DNA of 64,000 bases, taken from Nageia nagi (lineage: Eukaryota > Plantae > Pinophyta). Shown piece after piece: positions 36,901-51,900 of this stretch (the stretch's first letter is position 1; each line of letters begins with the position of its first letter). The notes beneath the pieces are model-generated. The model was not told where the DNA came from and made no database searches. It was given only the letters and a program-made list of their open reading frames with translations. A program made the position numbers and the translations under genes. The DNA lies in contig JBITNC010000001.1 of the NCBI GenBank assembly GCA_050084985.1, positions 197,594,001 through 197,658,000 of the forward strand. Direction: 5' to 3'.

Positions 36901-39900
36901 ATCACTTTTGGAAACTTCATTGGCTGATCCATCATTAACAAAGAGTTTTTGATGACCATACCTTCCCCTTTCATCAAAAATTACATCTTTAGAAATCACA
37001 ATTTTCATTGTTATTGGATTGTAGAGTCTATATGCTTTGGAATTTTCACAATAACCAATAAATATACATGCTTGACTTTTTGGGTCAAGTTTCCTTCTTT
37101 GTTCATCTAGAATGTGATCATATGCTAAACAACCAAAAACTCTAAAATGGCCAACATTTGGCTTTCTTGCATACCAAACTTCATAAGGGGTGATATCCTT
37201 CAATGATTTAGTTGGGCTTCTATTTAAAATATAGACAACACTCCTACAAGCATCAGCCCAATACATGTAATGTAAATCTTTGGAATGCATCATGCTTCTA
37301 GCCATGTTCACTATTGTTCTATCTTTCCTTTCACACACACCATTTTGTTGAGGGGTAAAGGCTGTTGTGAGTTGCCTTTTAATCCCACAATCTTCGCAAA
37401 ATTGGGAAAATTCATTTGAAACAAACTCTCCCCCTCTATCAGTCCTTAAGCATTTTATATAATAGCCACTTCAATTCTCCACTTTGTTTTTGAATTTCAC
37501 AAAACATTCATATGTTGGATCTTTAGTTTTCAAAAAATAAATCCAACACATTCTCGAGTAATCATCAATGAAAGTGAGGAAATAGGAATTCATACCAATA
37601 CCTTTTGTTTGCATTGGACCACATATATCCGAATGCACCAATTATAGAAGATGAGGCTCTCCATGCTTGGCTTCTTGGAAAGCTTGATCTATGGTGCTTG
37701 CCCAAAGCACACCCTTCACATACCCAATTACATTCATTCAGCTTTGGTAGCTCATGTACCATTTGTTTGGATGTCAATAATCTCAAGCTAGCATCTCTTA
37801 AATGCCATAATCATCCTTTGTCCTCAATAGTCACATTAGCAAGTTCTGCCCCTTGGCGACCAAATTTAAGAGGAAATAGCCTGTTTTTTGCTCAATGGAA
37901 GTATAGGTACCAGCTTATGGCCTCTACTCTTATCATATATCACACATTTCCTATCTTCAAATACGAGCTTATGATTGTTTTCCATTATTTGCCCAACATT
38001 CAAGAGATTATGTTGAAGTTTGGGAGTGTAGTAGATGTTTCTTACCCCTTTGTTCCTTCTTTGGTAGGTACCTCCATGGCATCCATTCCTTCAACTTGCA
38101 ATGTGCTATTGTCACCAATCCTTATCTTGGATTTGTAGGAGTCATCAACATGTGCAAGCAACTCCATCTTGCCAATCATATAGTTGAATGCTCCCGTATC
38201 AAGTAGCCATGTCTCTTGCATGCTTTGGTCAACCTTCCCAAATGACAAAAACAAATTTCCATCCTCTTCTCCATAGTTTGCACTTCTCTCTTCTTGAGAA
38301 GCTTTAATTCTACAATCTCTTTCATAGTGTCCAAATCTATTGTAGTAGTAGCATTGCTTGCCATTTCTTGATTGTTGTTGTTGTTAGCCTCCATGGCCTC
38401 TCCCTTGTGCAGCCCCTCTTCTTCCTCTTCCTCTTCTACATTGGCCTCTCCCTTGGCCTCTTCCATGACTACTCACATTGGTTTCACCTTCTGTTGATGC
38501 AAAAGCCTTCTCATCAGCACCTCCAATATTTGAAGATGATGTTTCTTGTAGTCTCTCCTCATGGGACATCAAGGAGCCTATGAGCTGATCAAAAGAGAGA
38601 GTAGTAAGATTTTTTCTCTCTTCTATAATGATAGCTAAATGGTTCCATCTTGGAAGAAGGGACGTCAAAACTTTCTTCACAACAACTTCATTTGAAATTG
38701 TTTCTTCAAATGTCTTCATCTTGTTGACACATGATTGCACTCTAACACAATAATCTCCAACTCTTTCATCTTCTTGCATCTTTAGATTCTCAAAATCTCT
38801 CTTGAGCAAGCTTCCATTGGAGTGCGCTTAGGGATTTCCAAGAGCTGCTCTAGCCGCTTCGATGAACCCAAAGCGTCGAAGCACCTCGGGAGTAGGGGCT
38901 AACGTTTCGAAACATCTGAGATGCTCCGAGAGCAACTGGCCGCAAAAAAATTGCACATGATTTAAAAAAAAAAAAATCAAAACTTAAAATAAAAAGCATA
39001 GTTTGATACTTGATAGTTATTGTTTTGCCATTTTGGGCTTTTGGCATTTTGCTACTATAACATTATGACTCATTTTGATATTATGACATTATGTACTACA
39101 CTGATTCAGACTTGTTTGTCACTTAATAACATTATGGCTCATTTTGATTTCTCATTTCTGCCTTTCAGATTCATACTTGATTAATATTATCATTATGTTT
39201 TGTAATTTAAATTCATACTTGATTTATATTTGAAAATTGATAGTAATAATGAATTAGAGTCGCTCCCTAAAAATGAAATTCATACTTGATTTATAAATTC
39301 ATACTGGATTTTTTACTAGCCGCTCTGCCTCCCGAATCAGAACCGCTCACTAAAAATGACCTTTGCCGCTCCCGACTCATGGTGGAACATTGCTCTTGAG
39401 AGTTTGGATCTTCACTTGCTTGATATGATCATTGCCTTGGTATCCATCTTTCAATGCCTTCCATGCCTCTTGAGCTGATGTGCATTAAGATATCTTTGGA
39501 AAATACTTTTGTCCAAGGCCATTTGAAGATAATACAAGGCACAACTTCCTTTCTTGCAGTTCTATCAGCCCCTTGCAATGTGCTCCAATCAATAGGCTCA
39601 ACATAGCCATTTTCAATAACCTATCAAAATCCTTTGCCTATGAGTAGAGTCTTCATCTTGATACTCCAATACTTGTAGTCTTCACCATTGAACTCAGGAA
39701 TAGGCCATGAGTTGTTGCCATTTGATGCCATTGTAGAATGCTCAAATGCAAAACTGAGATGACAACTTTGAAAGCACTTGATAAGGACTTTCAAGCTTCT
39801 CCCACTCTAACCCAATGACTATATTGGCTTTGATACCAAAATGAGAAAATGCACACAATGTTTATTGATAGATGACAATATATAGCCTGCTAGAGTTTAC

Positions 39901-42900
39901 ATAGCATGAGCTCCATGTGATGGCTTACAAACAAAATAATAGCTTAGCTGACAAAACAATGTTCTCATGACAATACAGTTCTGGATTTAATCCACCAATC
40001 CAAACAAACTATTACAGTACAAACACACATGTTGTAGGCTGTTACAACTGCAATCCACACTGTATGATGCTCACAAATGGACAAAAAAAACAAGAAACAT
40101 GCCTAAAATGGAAACTGCCAAATTGACTGTTAACTAGGGAAGACTATAAATGAACCAGATTTCCTATCAGTTCTGCTCAATTTCTAACATGTATTACACA
40201 ATTTCTAAAGATTCATGGTTATATATCTCAATGTCCCTAGCCATTAAAATCCAAACACTACATCAGCTCCTCCCAAGTTCAGTACAAATATGGAATTTTT
40301 CCATCATTAATTTGACATTAGAAACTCTACCCAAACAATCTGCATTATCACCATTGGCAATCAAGACCTTAAATTTTTCCCTATTTACATACAACCCTAT
40401 ACGCTTTGCCATGTTCGTACTAATAAAATTATGTTTAATTCTAGAATCAATTAAATCCTATACATCTTAGTTTTTAATATAACATTGTACCTTGATAGTT
40501 TGGTGAAGGGTAACATCCATAAGTGCCTAGATTGATAAGCCAATCAGTTCTTCTTATCCATGAACTGGAGGTTCCCCTTTTGAATCTTGGTCATCTTCTT
40601 CTATTTCTATATGAAAGTTTTTCATGCATCATAAGGATGAACATGATGTCATTTTCTTTCCATTTGAAGCATAACACATTTGCCTATCATCTTCTTTATT
40701 GTTGGCATTTGCCCTCCTAGGTATAATTTCCCTTCTTACTTGTGGTTTTTTAGTATTGATCTTGTGTACAATTGCCTTGGACACTCTTTTCAATTCTACT
40801 AAATTTGTGGGGTTGACAATGCTAAACCTCATTCTTGATATCTTCACGTGCCCCATTTTTGAAACATGCCAAAACCACATCTTGATCCAATTGCCTTGCA
40901 AAATAGAGTGCTAGTGATTCATTACAGTAATCTTCAATAGTTAATTTGTGTTTGGTTTCCATCACTCTTACTACATATGAAGTTCAGTCTCCATAATTAT
41001 AATTCATCAAATCATTTTTTTAAACCTGTACCTATGAAGGGGTGGTATAAGATCTCTTTGATTCTCCAATAAACCAAGTTAGTGGTCCCATGTTGAAAAT
41101 GATGCCGATAAAAAGACTCAACCTTGAGGTAGAACCTTATAGAACTTCAAATAATACTCCATTTTTATGATATATCCTCTGAAAAAAATGGTTGATTGAT
41201 CTAAGAATTAGCACATTATCAGGCCAAGAAAGTTTTTGCAAAATATTATCCAAATTGATATATCAATTAAAACCAAACGTGAAGTCCTAACCAGTTATTT
41301 TAGTTATTAACCAACCTTTCCAAGAGGAGATGTATTTGTCACTCCACAAATACTTCAAAATCTTTTTTAAAAATTGTGATCTGTAGATACCTTCTTCCAA
41401 TCATCCACTTCTTGTTCCTACTTTATCTATTCTTGCTTACAATTCCCTTTGACCTATCACACCATTAACATATTCCAAGGTGAAAACTTCTTCGGTGCTT
41501 TCATGGGTGACTCTTGCTCCATTCAGTATCATGGTCATGGAATCAAAGCTATTAATCTGGTCTGGACATGGGTTTGCATTTTGGTTACCAATCCCAATTT
41601 CTTCTCCTTCTATAATGTTGGTCAATCTGATTGCGATCTCTATACTAAAGTTTCTAGCGGATTTAGGGTTCAGGTCTCAAATCTAAAATTGTCTTTTCTT
41701 GAAGGGTTATATGACATATATTGTTGTGATTGTCTCATCAAGGATATTGAAAGAATCCTCAATATATAATACCCCCACTTCGAGAGGGTGAAAGCTCCCA
41801 AGCATCTTTAAAGAGCCAAATCTCAAAATAGCATCAGTAGAAGACAGAAGTTATATCACCTATGATTGTTCATGATGCCATTTGGATCACATCACATCCT
41901 TATTTATAAATGTTAGAACTCCTAGAACTAATCCCTAGGCACTAGTGCCAGCTGATAAAATACAAGATAATAGACGTGGCTGTAACAAGGCCGTAACAAC
42001 ATTCCCTGCTTTGATATTATCTACTATATTATATGTATTATTTTATTTTGCATAATTTTGATAAAATGCAAGTGATTTCCCCATCATAGCAAATATCTCA
42101 CAAAAATGAAACTTGAAATGCCTCAAAATTTAAAATAAATTTTGAAGGCCAAAAGTATAAGTAGTTTCCTAAATATGTTTACCTCAAGAAATAAATTGAA
42201 CCTAAGATAAAGTTTACTGTTTCAAGGATTCTTAACATTTCAAGTTAAATAACATTTCATAAAAAATTTCAACATCAATGTCAAACTAATTTGACTTCCA
42301 ATACCCATGTCATCTGCAATACTTTCTTCCTCATCCTATGATATTTTATTGGTCAATGCATAGTTTGAATGTGGTGGTAAAAACGAATATAAGCAAAACA
42401 GCTATAGATGCATTACACAATAGTACTCCAAGTTCATTGCAATAAAGAGAAATAACACAAGGTGAAATTCTTAATAAATATCTCATCATAAGTATAAATA
42501 GGCAAGGGAGCTAAGTTACCTTAGGTAACTTACACCTACCTCAAAAATAACACAATGGCCATATTACACACTACTTGCTTGAGACAATCATCACAAATTT
42601 ACTAAATATTCTCAATACTCATGCAGTTCCACTCTCATGTCTCATTTAAATTACAATATCTAGCATCAATGTCTTTGTTTATCTCTTTAAATTAGAGAGT
42701 CCCACATCCAAGACACGCCTTGTTCAGGATTATGGGTGTATCAGGGCTTAAGCATCATTTAAGTAGTAATGTTACAGTATGATATCATTAACATATCAAA
42801 TGACTTCTTAGAATCATGCCTCACCTTCCAACCATGCAAATTTTTTATATAGTTCAAAAACATATACCCTTCCTACATATGACACGTAATATGATAATAC

Positions 42901-45900
42901 AATAATTCACTATTAAGACACACTGTATATTCCATGTATCTATGTAAACTACCAAAGATCAAAACCTTGCCAAATTCCAGATGTTTTTCTCTAACCATGA
43001 CTCTTAACATTTACCTTTGACTTGTATACCAATCGATTTCACAACTTCCCTTGTGGGACTTTTGAAAATGAGAATCAAGATTTAAAATTACCATTTAGTT
43101 TGCACTTATTCATGGTCTTTTTCACAGCCTTCCTGTTCAACATTATTGCTTGGTGGAAGTGTTTAATCCTAATATGTGGTGATAACTTGAGGTGCATGCC
43201 ATTGTAGGAAATTATCTAGTTTGATAAACAAAAAAATACTCTAATTAGCCTATTCAGCCACCCTCAATGGGGATTTAAGAAAAGGAAGATGCCCATAGCC
43301 TATTTCTTTGTTTTCCCAAAAGTGCAAAAGTAGATGAGAATGTTTTAGTTTGGTTCCTGATGGAGGAAACTTGAAGATGTGATCTTGGCACTACATCAGC
43401 CACTATACATTGTGGCAAAGTGATCTGCATGATTTAGAACCTTCAGCAGCTTCATAATCCACGATTATATTCTGATCATGATGTGATTTTCACATATTTT
43501 GCAGCAATAAATGATAGGGAAAAAATGTTTCCACCTAGCTATGTTTTACAGGTAAACCTGGCATGTTGCATGTTTTTATATAAACAGAATCAATATGAAA
43601 CATGAGTTGTTCTTCAAAATGACTCCAATGAACAGGTCAGATAACCAATGACCAGATCGGATAACTTTGACTGCAGAATACATCAAATAGTTTATACAAG
43701 ATTCAGTAAATGCTAATGGAAGACAAAATTATTGCGAAGGTAAATACAAGGCAAGGCAACAACAAACAGAGTGAATTTTAATGTTGACCAGTTCAACAGA
43801 TACAAGATGCATTTGTAATCATGTTTAGGGATTTCCTTGATTGCCAATCAAATATACTGTCGTCCAGTGCAGTGTTGTCCAGCAGTCAATTACATCCCTA
43901 CTGGGATGGCAATGCTGGTTTAGATGCAGAAGATATGCTCGATGACAAATAATCAAAGCTCCCAGTATACTCTTGAGCTACGCATGCAGTCCAGGCACGA
44001 CAAGCAACCAGACATGCAACCTATGCCAGTCAAGGCAAACATCAGGTTGGCAGGCAGGCCAAGGCATCCTCCAGGTAAATTGCCCATGTGGACCTAAGAC
44101 AACAGGCAGGTGGCAAAGAAGAGGCCTAGGGTAGACATAAGGAGAAAAGAAAATCCAACGTAAACAAGAGCCAAGGCATGCATTTAAAGAAAACAAATAT
44201 CCTTATGTACAGTTGCAAAGAGTTATATTGGAAAGGGTTACTGGATTCAATTAAAAAGCTCACAATATATCAAAGCACAACAAATGGACATTTAATACAA
44301 GAATGGTCTCCACAACTTGGATATAGGAAAAATACAGAATAAAGCATACATGATACTAGACACAAGACAATGACTATGAACGTATTAGAACCTTTTTCAT
44401 AAATGAATAAACAAAAACCGCCCAGATGCTAAAATGACACAAGACTATGACTGAGCTAAAACAGGATTCCAATAATCATGTAAAAATGCACACAGCATCA
44501 GACCCATTTATAGGACCCTTTGGCAGCTATATTGACTGTACATATCTTTATCCAGTAACTATTTTTGAAACTAATTTTCTATAAGGAAATTAAATTTTAG
44601 CATACCTGACAATCACCTTGGCTTTTCTGAATATCCTTTATAATTCTCAATGAATCATCTTTAAAACCATCCTGTTTCCAAAAAAACAAGAAATGAAACA
44701 CAATCATTGGCAGAAGAACCAGGAACTAAATATACTACAAAAATGTCTTCAAATCTAAACAACCAAGATCTTTATAAGACAAGTAAAAACCAAACATCCT
44801 ACTGAGATGTTCAACGAACTTGAATTTCAAATAATTAGTCATTATAAACATCAAATATTCCTCCAAATTATAATCATCAAACGACATTGCAATTTTGAGA
44901 CCTCGTGCAAGATTAGAGTTCAAGTACAACTCCATTTGATACAAAGTGTGAAACGGGCTTCAAAATATATATCTTTTATTATCAATGGAAATTTTAAATA
45001 ATTGAGGATTTGAAAAATCAGATACTCTTGTAAGAAGTGGATGATTCTTCAGTTATCAAACGTTTTAAGTAGGAATGGAACAAGTTAATGAGGTGTTAGA
45101 TCGCCTTGGATACCATATTGACAGTTTTGTCACAGAAGTCAAGACTGACACAGGTTAGCCAAGTGAGAACTATATATTGTTAGATACATGTAATACCATT
45201 TACCCTTGTAAATATTGTTCTGAGAATCATGAAATTGTATTTATTCTATATTCCTTTCAATGAAGCAATTCCCTGGTCAGGATCTTTAGTTTTAGTCAAA
45301 ATACTGCTTTCACTTTCTTTCAATATACCAATGTTATTTCTTTCAGAATTTTACTATGTTTTTGTGACTGAATTTTAGCCCAATATAATTTAAGTTCTAC
45401 ATTAACATGATTGTTTACATTAGAATGTAAGGTCCAGCCCTTGTTTCCTGATTAGTATATGTACATTGTAATAGTATGTTGATGTTAATAAATAATTAGT
45501 ATGTTGATGTTAATAAATAATTTTCTATCAGTCATTAGTGCTGTTTTTCTCATTCTTATGTGATGGAATACCTACTCAAATGCACCAAATACAAAATATG
45601 CAAACATGCAACCTAGAACAGATCTGAAATTATAATTTATTTTTCTGATTTCTCAAATAAATATAAGTGTTGATACACAAACTTCACTTTTTCAAGGTTC
45701 TGAACTTGGTATAAAGTTATAAACTAATCAGAGCACAAACAGTGAATGGAAATCCACCATTACAGAAGATCTACATAGACTAAATATTATTTCCCACTTG
45801 TGAAAAAACAACACCTTCAGGAATGCAATTACAGACTTCTATTTATATTCTGGACACACAATCAGTCCACACTAGCTTGGACGAACTGTTACATAATATT

Positions 45901-48900
45901 ATGAATTACAACCAACCTCCCACCCACAGGTATGAAAGCTTATTTGTTGCTGCCAGATCAGTATAAGCAACTTCAGAACTGATACTAGTGAGCCATGCAT
46001 GGGGCGTTGAGCCTTTCCAGATATGGATCTGCACACCAAGCCTATCAACGTGCCACAAGGGAGTGTCTTATACCCAGCGACTTCAGATCAGCAACAGATC
46101 AGGTCCCATGTCCCTGATTAAGATTGTATTGTGGTCTTTTATCTACAGATCTAGTGACTTTCAGCCAGAAGACCTCCTGAAAGTAATGGCAGATCTGAGC
46201 AAACCTGACTACATCCCTGTTTCGAGCAAAAGTGTCTCTCAAAATGGTATATTAACAGACCCTGGTTTGACGTCTGACATCAAATAACATATGTTTTCCT
46301 TCAAAGTGGCAAAGAGATCTCCTAAAACTGCAACGAGTCTGTTCTCCTTGGGGTATTGTTGTGAGAGCTCTAAATAGTGAAGCATGCAAGAGCAATTGCA
46401 GATCCTGATGGAATCTGCCTCCAAGCAGGGTAGTAAATCTTCAGATTTCTCCTCCAACCTCCACTAGATCAGTTCTAATGGGAACCCCTTCTGCAAATCC
46501 TCAACCAACAAGCTAAGGCCAAAAGCAACGCTCTCCAAATATATTTTCAAAATTAGCCAACTCCAAATGAAAACCTAATTCCTCTTTTATAATTTAGCTC
46601 AACACAAGAATAGGTCTTGATCATTGATTCATGTAGAGGGTGGAGATTAAAACATTTTTTCTGCCAACTCCAAATGAAAACCTAATTTCTCTTTTATAAT
46701 TTAGCTCAACACAAGAATAGGTCTTGATCATTGATTCATTTAAAGGGTGGATATTAAAACATTTTTTCTTTAAAGTAACCCTAAAAGCTTAATAGCTCTC
46801 AATTCTTTATCTCATCTTAAATCAATGGTTGCGGCTTAATCTTGCAAAACAACTTAAAGTACCTATTTGAGCACATGCTAAATTTCTAATTTTTAGTCAC
46901 TTTATTAAAATAAGACATAACACCCCTTAAAAATAAAATAAAACATTCCTTAAACTAATATTTACAAAACTAAATTAAAATAGGACATTACACCTACAAT
47001 CGTATCTGAGCACCAAATGGTCATGAAATGGGGTCAATAGTGAAAAAATATCTGTATCAAACAATATTGTGCGACATCAGTGTGTAGGAGACAATCATGT
47101 TTTACAAGCCAGCTACAATGTCTGAGACAAACATAATGTTCTAAATGAAAGAATGTTGTAGTCCAATCAGAAATAGAGATATATTCAACATAAATTCTGG
47201 ACGCACAAGTACAGTGACCACTCCAAAGTTGAATGCAACAATCCAAGGCAAGTGATTATAAACTCAATAAAGATGTGCAAAAATGGAAATGTTTATTGTG
47301 GCCTGTGAATATGGCCCAATAGGTGAAAAGTAACAAGAAAAGTGTCAAGCTATGATAAACAACATTCAAACGGTGGACATATTCAAGATTAAAACTCATG
47401 AAGACAGAGACAGACCATTGACAGGATAAGATATTGTCAGTAGACATATCACCATGAAAGTATAGAACCTATGTTGCCAATATGTAGAAAAACATATTGT
47501 AGAGGAGGCACCTCAATCCAAAGATCCACTTGAAATATTTACACAAAACTACATAATTTGTCACGGAATACATGAATGCCTTCATCTTTAAATTTGTAAA
47601 CAAGAACATGACTGATTAAAAATATAGATATCAATTTCAAACCATTCGCTGTGATGCAAAGCATATCCATTTGTTCCTAGCAGTCATAGTTTGTAGAGAT
47701 GTCTAAGACCAAATGATGTTTTATTAGAGGATTGAAATCCTTTAAATGAAAAAATACAAGTTGCTGCTGACTGATTCATTATTGAATTAGAAGGATTTGC
47801 AAATCATTTTCTGAACACTTGAGAGGTAACTTTTCTTCCATATTTCTGCAAAACCTCCTGTATTCGAGTTAAAATCTTCTGCAAATGTTTTCATGTTTTG
47901 CCTAGGAACCAGGACCATCACCATCAATAAAGTTTTTAGTGAAAAGATAAAATAAAAAATTAAACAAGATCATTACTAAATGTTTACTTAGAGAGTGTGC
48001 TTGACATTGTGCAGTGCTTAGGCTTTATGCTCTAGGTTTTTCCTTTTCATGTCTTCACACTCAATACATTATGAGAGTTTGCAACATAAAAATCTGTCTT
48101 TACTATTTAACACTTGTCACAGTTCACAGTTTTTTAAAGATGTAAACAGATCTCTTGACCTTCACTTTGAATATCGCTATCCACTTCTATAAAGTTATTT
48201 CTGAGAAAGTTTGAAGTTTATTATCAAGCTATCTGTTTTGAACACCATGGAAGTTTGAGATGTAATTTTGTATTGAGAGAAATAAGAGATAATTGTCATT
48301 TTGTTCTGTTCCTACATGCTTTGCCAACATGGATCAAATAGACTTTAAGATTGGCATCCTCCAAATGGCATAAAGCCTTGCATGTGAAAAAATATTTTCA
48401 AATCCATCTTATCACTTTAGCCAGTATGCTACATTGATCATCGTTTTATGTTCTTCTTGATAACGAGAAAGAAGTTTTCCAATGAGAAAATTCACATAAA
48501 ATTAAAACCTTGAACAGAATCCGGCATGATATATTGAAATTGGTTCTTCCATCATCCAAAGACGTGTGATACTTGAAAGCAAATTCATTTTAATAAGTGG
48601 TGTCAGATATGGGAATACAACTTTCCATATTCCAGACTATAGAAAACAATTGAGTTTGTAGGGGTGGCAATCATGATAAGTCCCAATAATGACTTGAATA
48701 GCTGATGAGTGAAATACTCCTTATGATCACCCTGGTTACAATTAAACCAGAAATATTGATCTAAATCTTCATTATGTGAAAACAGATGGTCAATTGATAG
48801 ATATCGCTTGAGGCAAGTCTTTAGCCCAGCTAATGAGCAGTTACCATTTTGACATTGCAGACTCAAAACCCATGTGTTGCCATCTTTACTGCTAGAATTC

Positions 48901-51900
48901 AATGTTTTGTAGAAATTGACTTCTATTTTGAGTTGGAATGTATAATGCATTATTGTAAAGGTTTTGTAATAATCTTCTATGTAAATTCACTAATACTTAA
49001 GGGTATCATTAGATACATTAAGTATTTAAGTGAATATGATAATGTAACTTGTTCTACACTCCATGTCATGAGCATGCCCCTTGGGTAAAAGGAAATACAT
49101 GTCATGCCTTTATACATTGGGTAAAAGGGTGATCCAAAGAGGGATTTGGCCTATAAATAGAAGGCTCCCTCTTTGTGATCATACACCAATTTGTGAAGTA
49201 AAGTTATGCTAGAGGATAGTGTTTAGGAGATGAGAATAGGAGGATTTTAAGAGTTCATATTTGTGAAAGAAGTGAGATCTAGTTAGTGGATGTACTCCTA
49301 GTTGGAGGAACCACTTACATCTTGTGTTATGTTGTGAGATTGCTTTGTGAGTTATCTAGATGTGAATTGTGAGCTTTTATGAGATCTTGGTTGTTTAGGA
49401 TTGTTCATGTTATATTGCAATCTCTTCATCTTGTGCATGGTGTGGGCTGATCATAAAAGACAATTCCTTTTTTGTTTTAACTTTTTAGGCTTCTGGGAAA
49501 TATGAAGCTCTGTCCATGGGCTATAGTATTGATTTGGAGCAAGGCATGATGAGGACCTGCTTCATCACCAGACTTGTAAACAGAAGGAAACATTGTATAG
49601 CATTGTCTGAAAAAGATATTCTATACCATCACATCACTGAAGACTGTATCATTGCATTCACAAAACTTGAATCACAGTCTTGTCACTTACGTGTTCACAA
49701 CTGAATTCTGTCCATGATGTTAATTGGGATGATATTTTAGGGTCAATCCATGTAAACACCTAATAAAAGCAAACGCTCAATCTGCATAGGGAGGAAAGTG
49801 GTCTTTTTATCTTTAATTATGAGAACGTACATAAGTTCACCCAAACCAATTATCAAGGATGTAAAAATAAGCTTCTGTTCTTCCAAGGTCTGAGAGGAGC
49901 AAGAAGGAAAAGTTAAACTCCACATCACATTATTACTTAAGACATTAGTCCAGTAATGAAGGATCGCTATTCTAAATGCAAGAAGAAAGACAAATATCCC
50001 GACGTATATGACAATTTTTATTTGCATCATCCCATGTGTGCTTCAATACAAAACTTACATCCCTATTATATGTAAGTATGTGTGCTTAAATACAAGGCTT
50101 ACATTTTGTTTAAAATTATCAATGTCTTCTGACTCGTCAAACAGAAATACTCAAACTATATGATAGAAAAATAAAATTACACTATGTCAGTAAATGAATT
50201 TTGTTTAAACAAAAATGTTACCTGAGCCAGCATATGATCTGCTTCATCAAAAACAAGTATACTGATGTATCTCATACTCAGGACTTTTGCTGACATCCAC
50301 TTTTTCAGTGTCCCAGGCGTGCCAATAACAACATGTTCATTCACTGGAGCACGTCTTGAGGAGGAGACATAACTTCCAATGTCAGTAGGCACAGCACACA
50401 CTGAGGTTATACCAGTGTACTTGCCCATTTTCATGAGGACTTCTTGATTCTGTAAAAAGACCACAATGGCATAAGTGTGATGTCAAATTCACTCATAGGA
50501 TAAACATTTCCAGTGACAACATAACAATTATGTAAATTAACAATTACGAACCTGCATTGCCAACTCTCTAGTTGGGCAAACACAAAGTGCCTGTGGTGCG
50601 CTAACCTTGGTATTAACTCGACTTAACATACCCAGAACAAAACAAGTAGTCTTCCCTGAGCCATTGTGAGCTTGAGCAATTAAATTCTGGTAAGGTGGTG
50701 TGAGAATCATTGGAAGAGTTATCGCTTGTATCTTGCTTGGCTTCTCAAATCCCATCTCTGAATAAACCCCCCTTAGTAGTTCAGATGAAAGGTTCAAGTC
50801 CTCAAATGTTTTTGCTGAAGAATAAGGAGTATCACCAGCAATAACCTGCATTGAAATATAATAGTATAAACTTTATCAAGAATCAGCTTGAAGGACTGGG
50901 CAAAAGATGTAAAGAAAAATTGACTAGATTATTCATATGCAGGCAAAAACTCAGAAAACCACTTCCCAATAGAACCAATTAGATTTCATTAATTTATTTA
51001 AAAAAAATGCTTCAATTTAGACTTGGATATTATAACCATGGCAGACTCCAACGCTATTAATCTGTAGGCTCAGCATCTGCCTGACCAGATCCAGAAGTCT
51101 TCCCATATGCTCTACACAAATGATCCTAATTACTTGATTATAGCTTTGTGTTGAAATCAATAAATTATGAACCTTGGCTAACAACTGAACATCCAAACAA
51201 GTACCAAAAAGAATTTTCTCACTGACTTATAATTGTTATGTCTAAGCCATGACACATTACATTATGATTTTTTCCCCAATCAGTGCGCTAATAATCAAGA
51301 TAACAAATACAGGAGCATAGGGTTGTCCAATCACAACCACACTACCCTTACCTTCCATAAAGCAAATTGAGTGTGGATGGTGCCTATAAAGGTAACCCTA
51401 CCTGATACGGATAGTGCTAAAGTTGTATATTTGAATTCATGTGGCAGTCTCTGCTTGTGCTTTACTCTAATTTTACTATTCAAAATTACAATGACAGAGA
51501 AGCCATAGGAATTAAATATGGTCTCCAATAAAACACAAGACAGGTACATATAATGTGATTAGGAAAAGCAGTTCACTAATCTTATGGTACTTGTTAAGAA
51601 GATGAAGAGAATCAGCCATTTTTGCATTGAAGGAAAAAGTCATAGACAACGGAAATTAAGTCAACTAGAAATTTGTTCAAAGAGAAGAATGCCAAGGAGA
51701 GAAATAATTTAGAGTTTCTAATATCCTCGCTAAAGAGACCAGTTGCTATACCAAGATTTGGCTATATTTAAGTTTCATTTATTAAGAGTAAGTATTCAAG
51801 ATGTTGGAAAAAACCCCAGATTAAAAACGGTTTGGAGCTGGGAGGTGCATGCCAGATATCATCCTCACATCATTGAGTTGGTCATAGAGCTAATTAGTTG

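Larger units (their letters stand above)
34670..40189 (-). mobile_element. Ty1/Copia LTR retrotransposon, near full length but frameshifted
   Basis: TSD TGTAT at 34665-34669 and 40190-40194. 5' LTR 39842-40189 (TG..CA), 3' LTR 34670-34988. gag ATG at 39731. Domain order gag-PR (WLLDTGA)-INT-RT ([21 protein letters not shown])-RH (CDNKSAI, ADIFTK). Confidence 0.95.
30010..41997 (-). mobile_element. Decayed chromoviral Ty3/Gypsy LTR retrotransposon (mosaic), interrupted by the Copia element
   Basis: gag-PR 41660-40195 rejoins in frame across the Copia (KLCNT|[12 protein letters not shown]). RT ([19 protein letters not shown]-type motifs, FDDILVY), RNase H, integrase ([12 protein letters not shown]) and chromodomain [12 protein letters not shown] (~30380-30425). 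PPT GAAGGGAAAGGGCA abuts TG at 30324. Diverged LTR-like copies at ~30010-30324 and ~41710-41997. Confidence 0.85.

Noticed and set aside
36032-38583. Plus-strand ORFs of 60-177 aa
   Set aside because: They are antisense shadows of the Copia gag-pol frame.
43978-44196. CAGGC-rich segment and 72-aa ORF
   Set aside because: Probably a decayed small TE. No TIR/TSD or protein similarity recognised.
47460-48950. Coding-like decayed sequence including the 115-aa ORF 48603-48950
   Set aside because: No recognisable domain motif.
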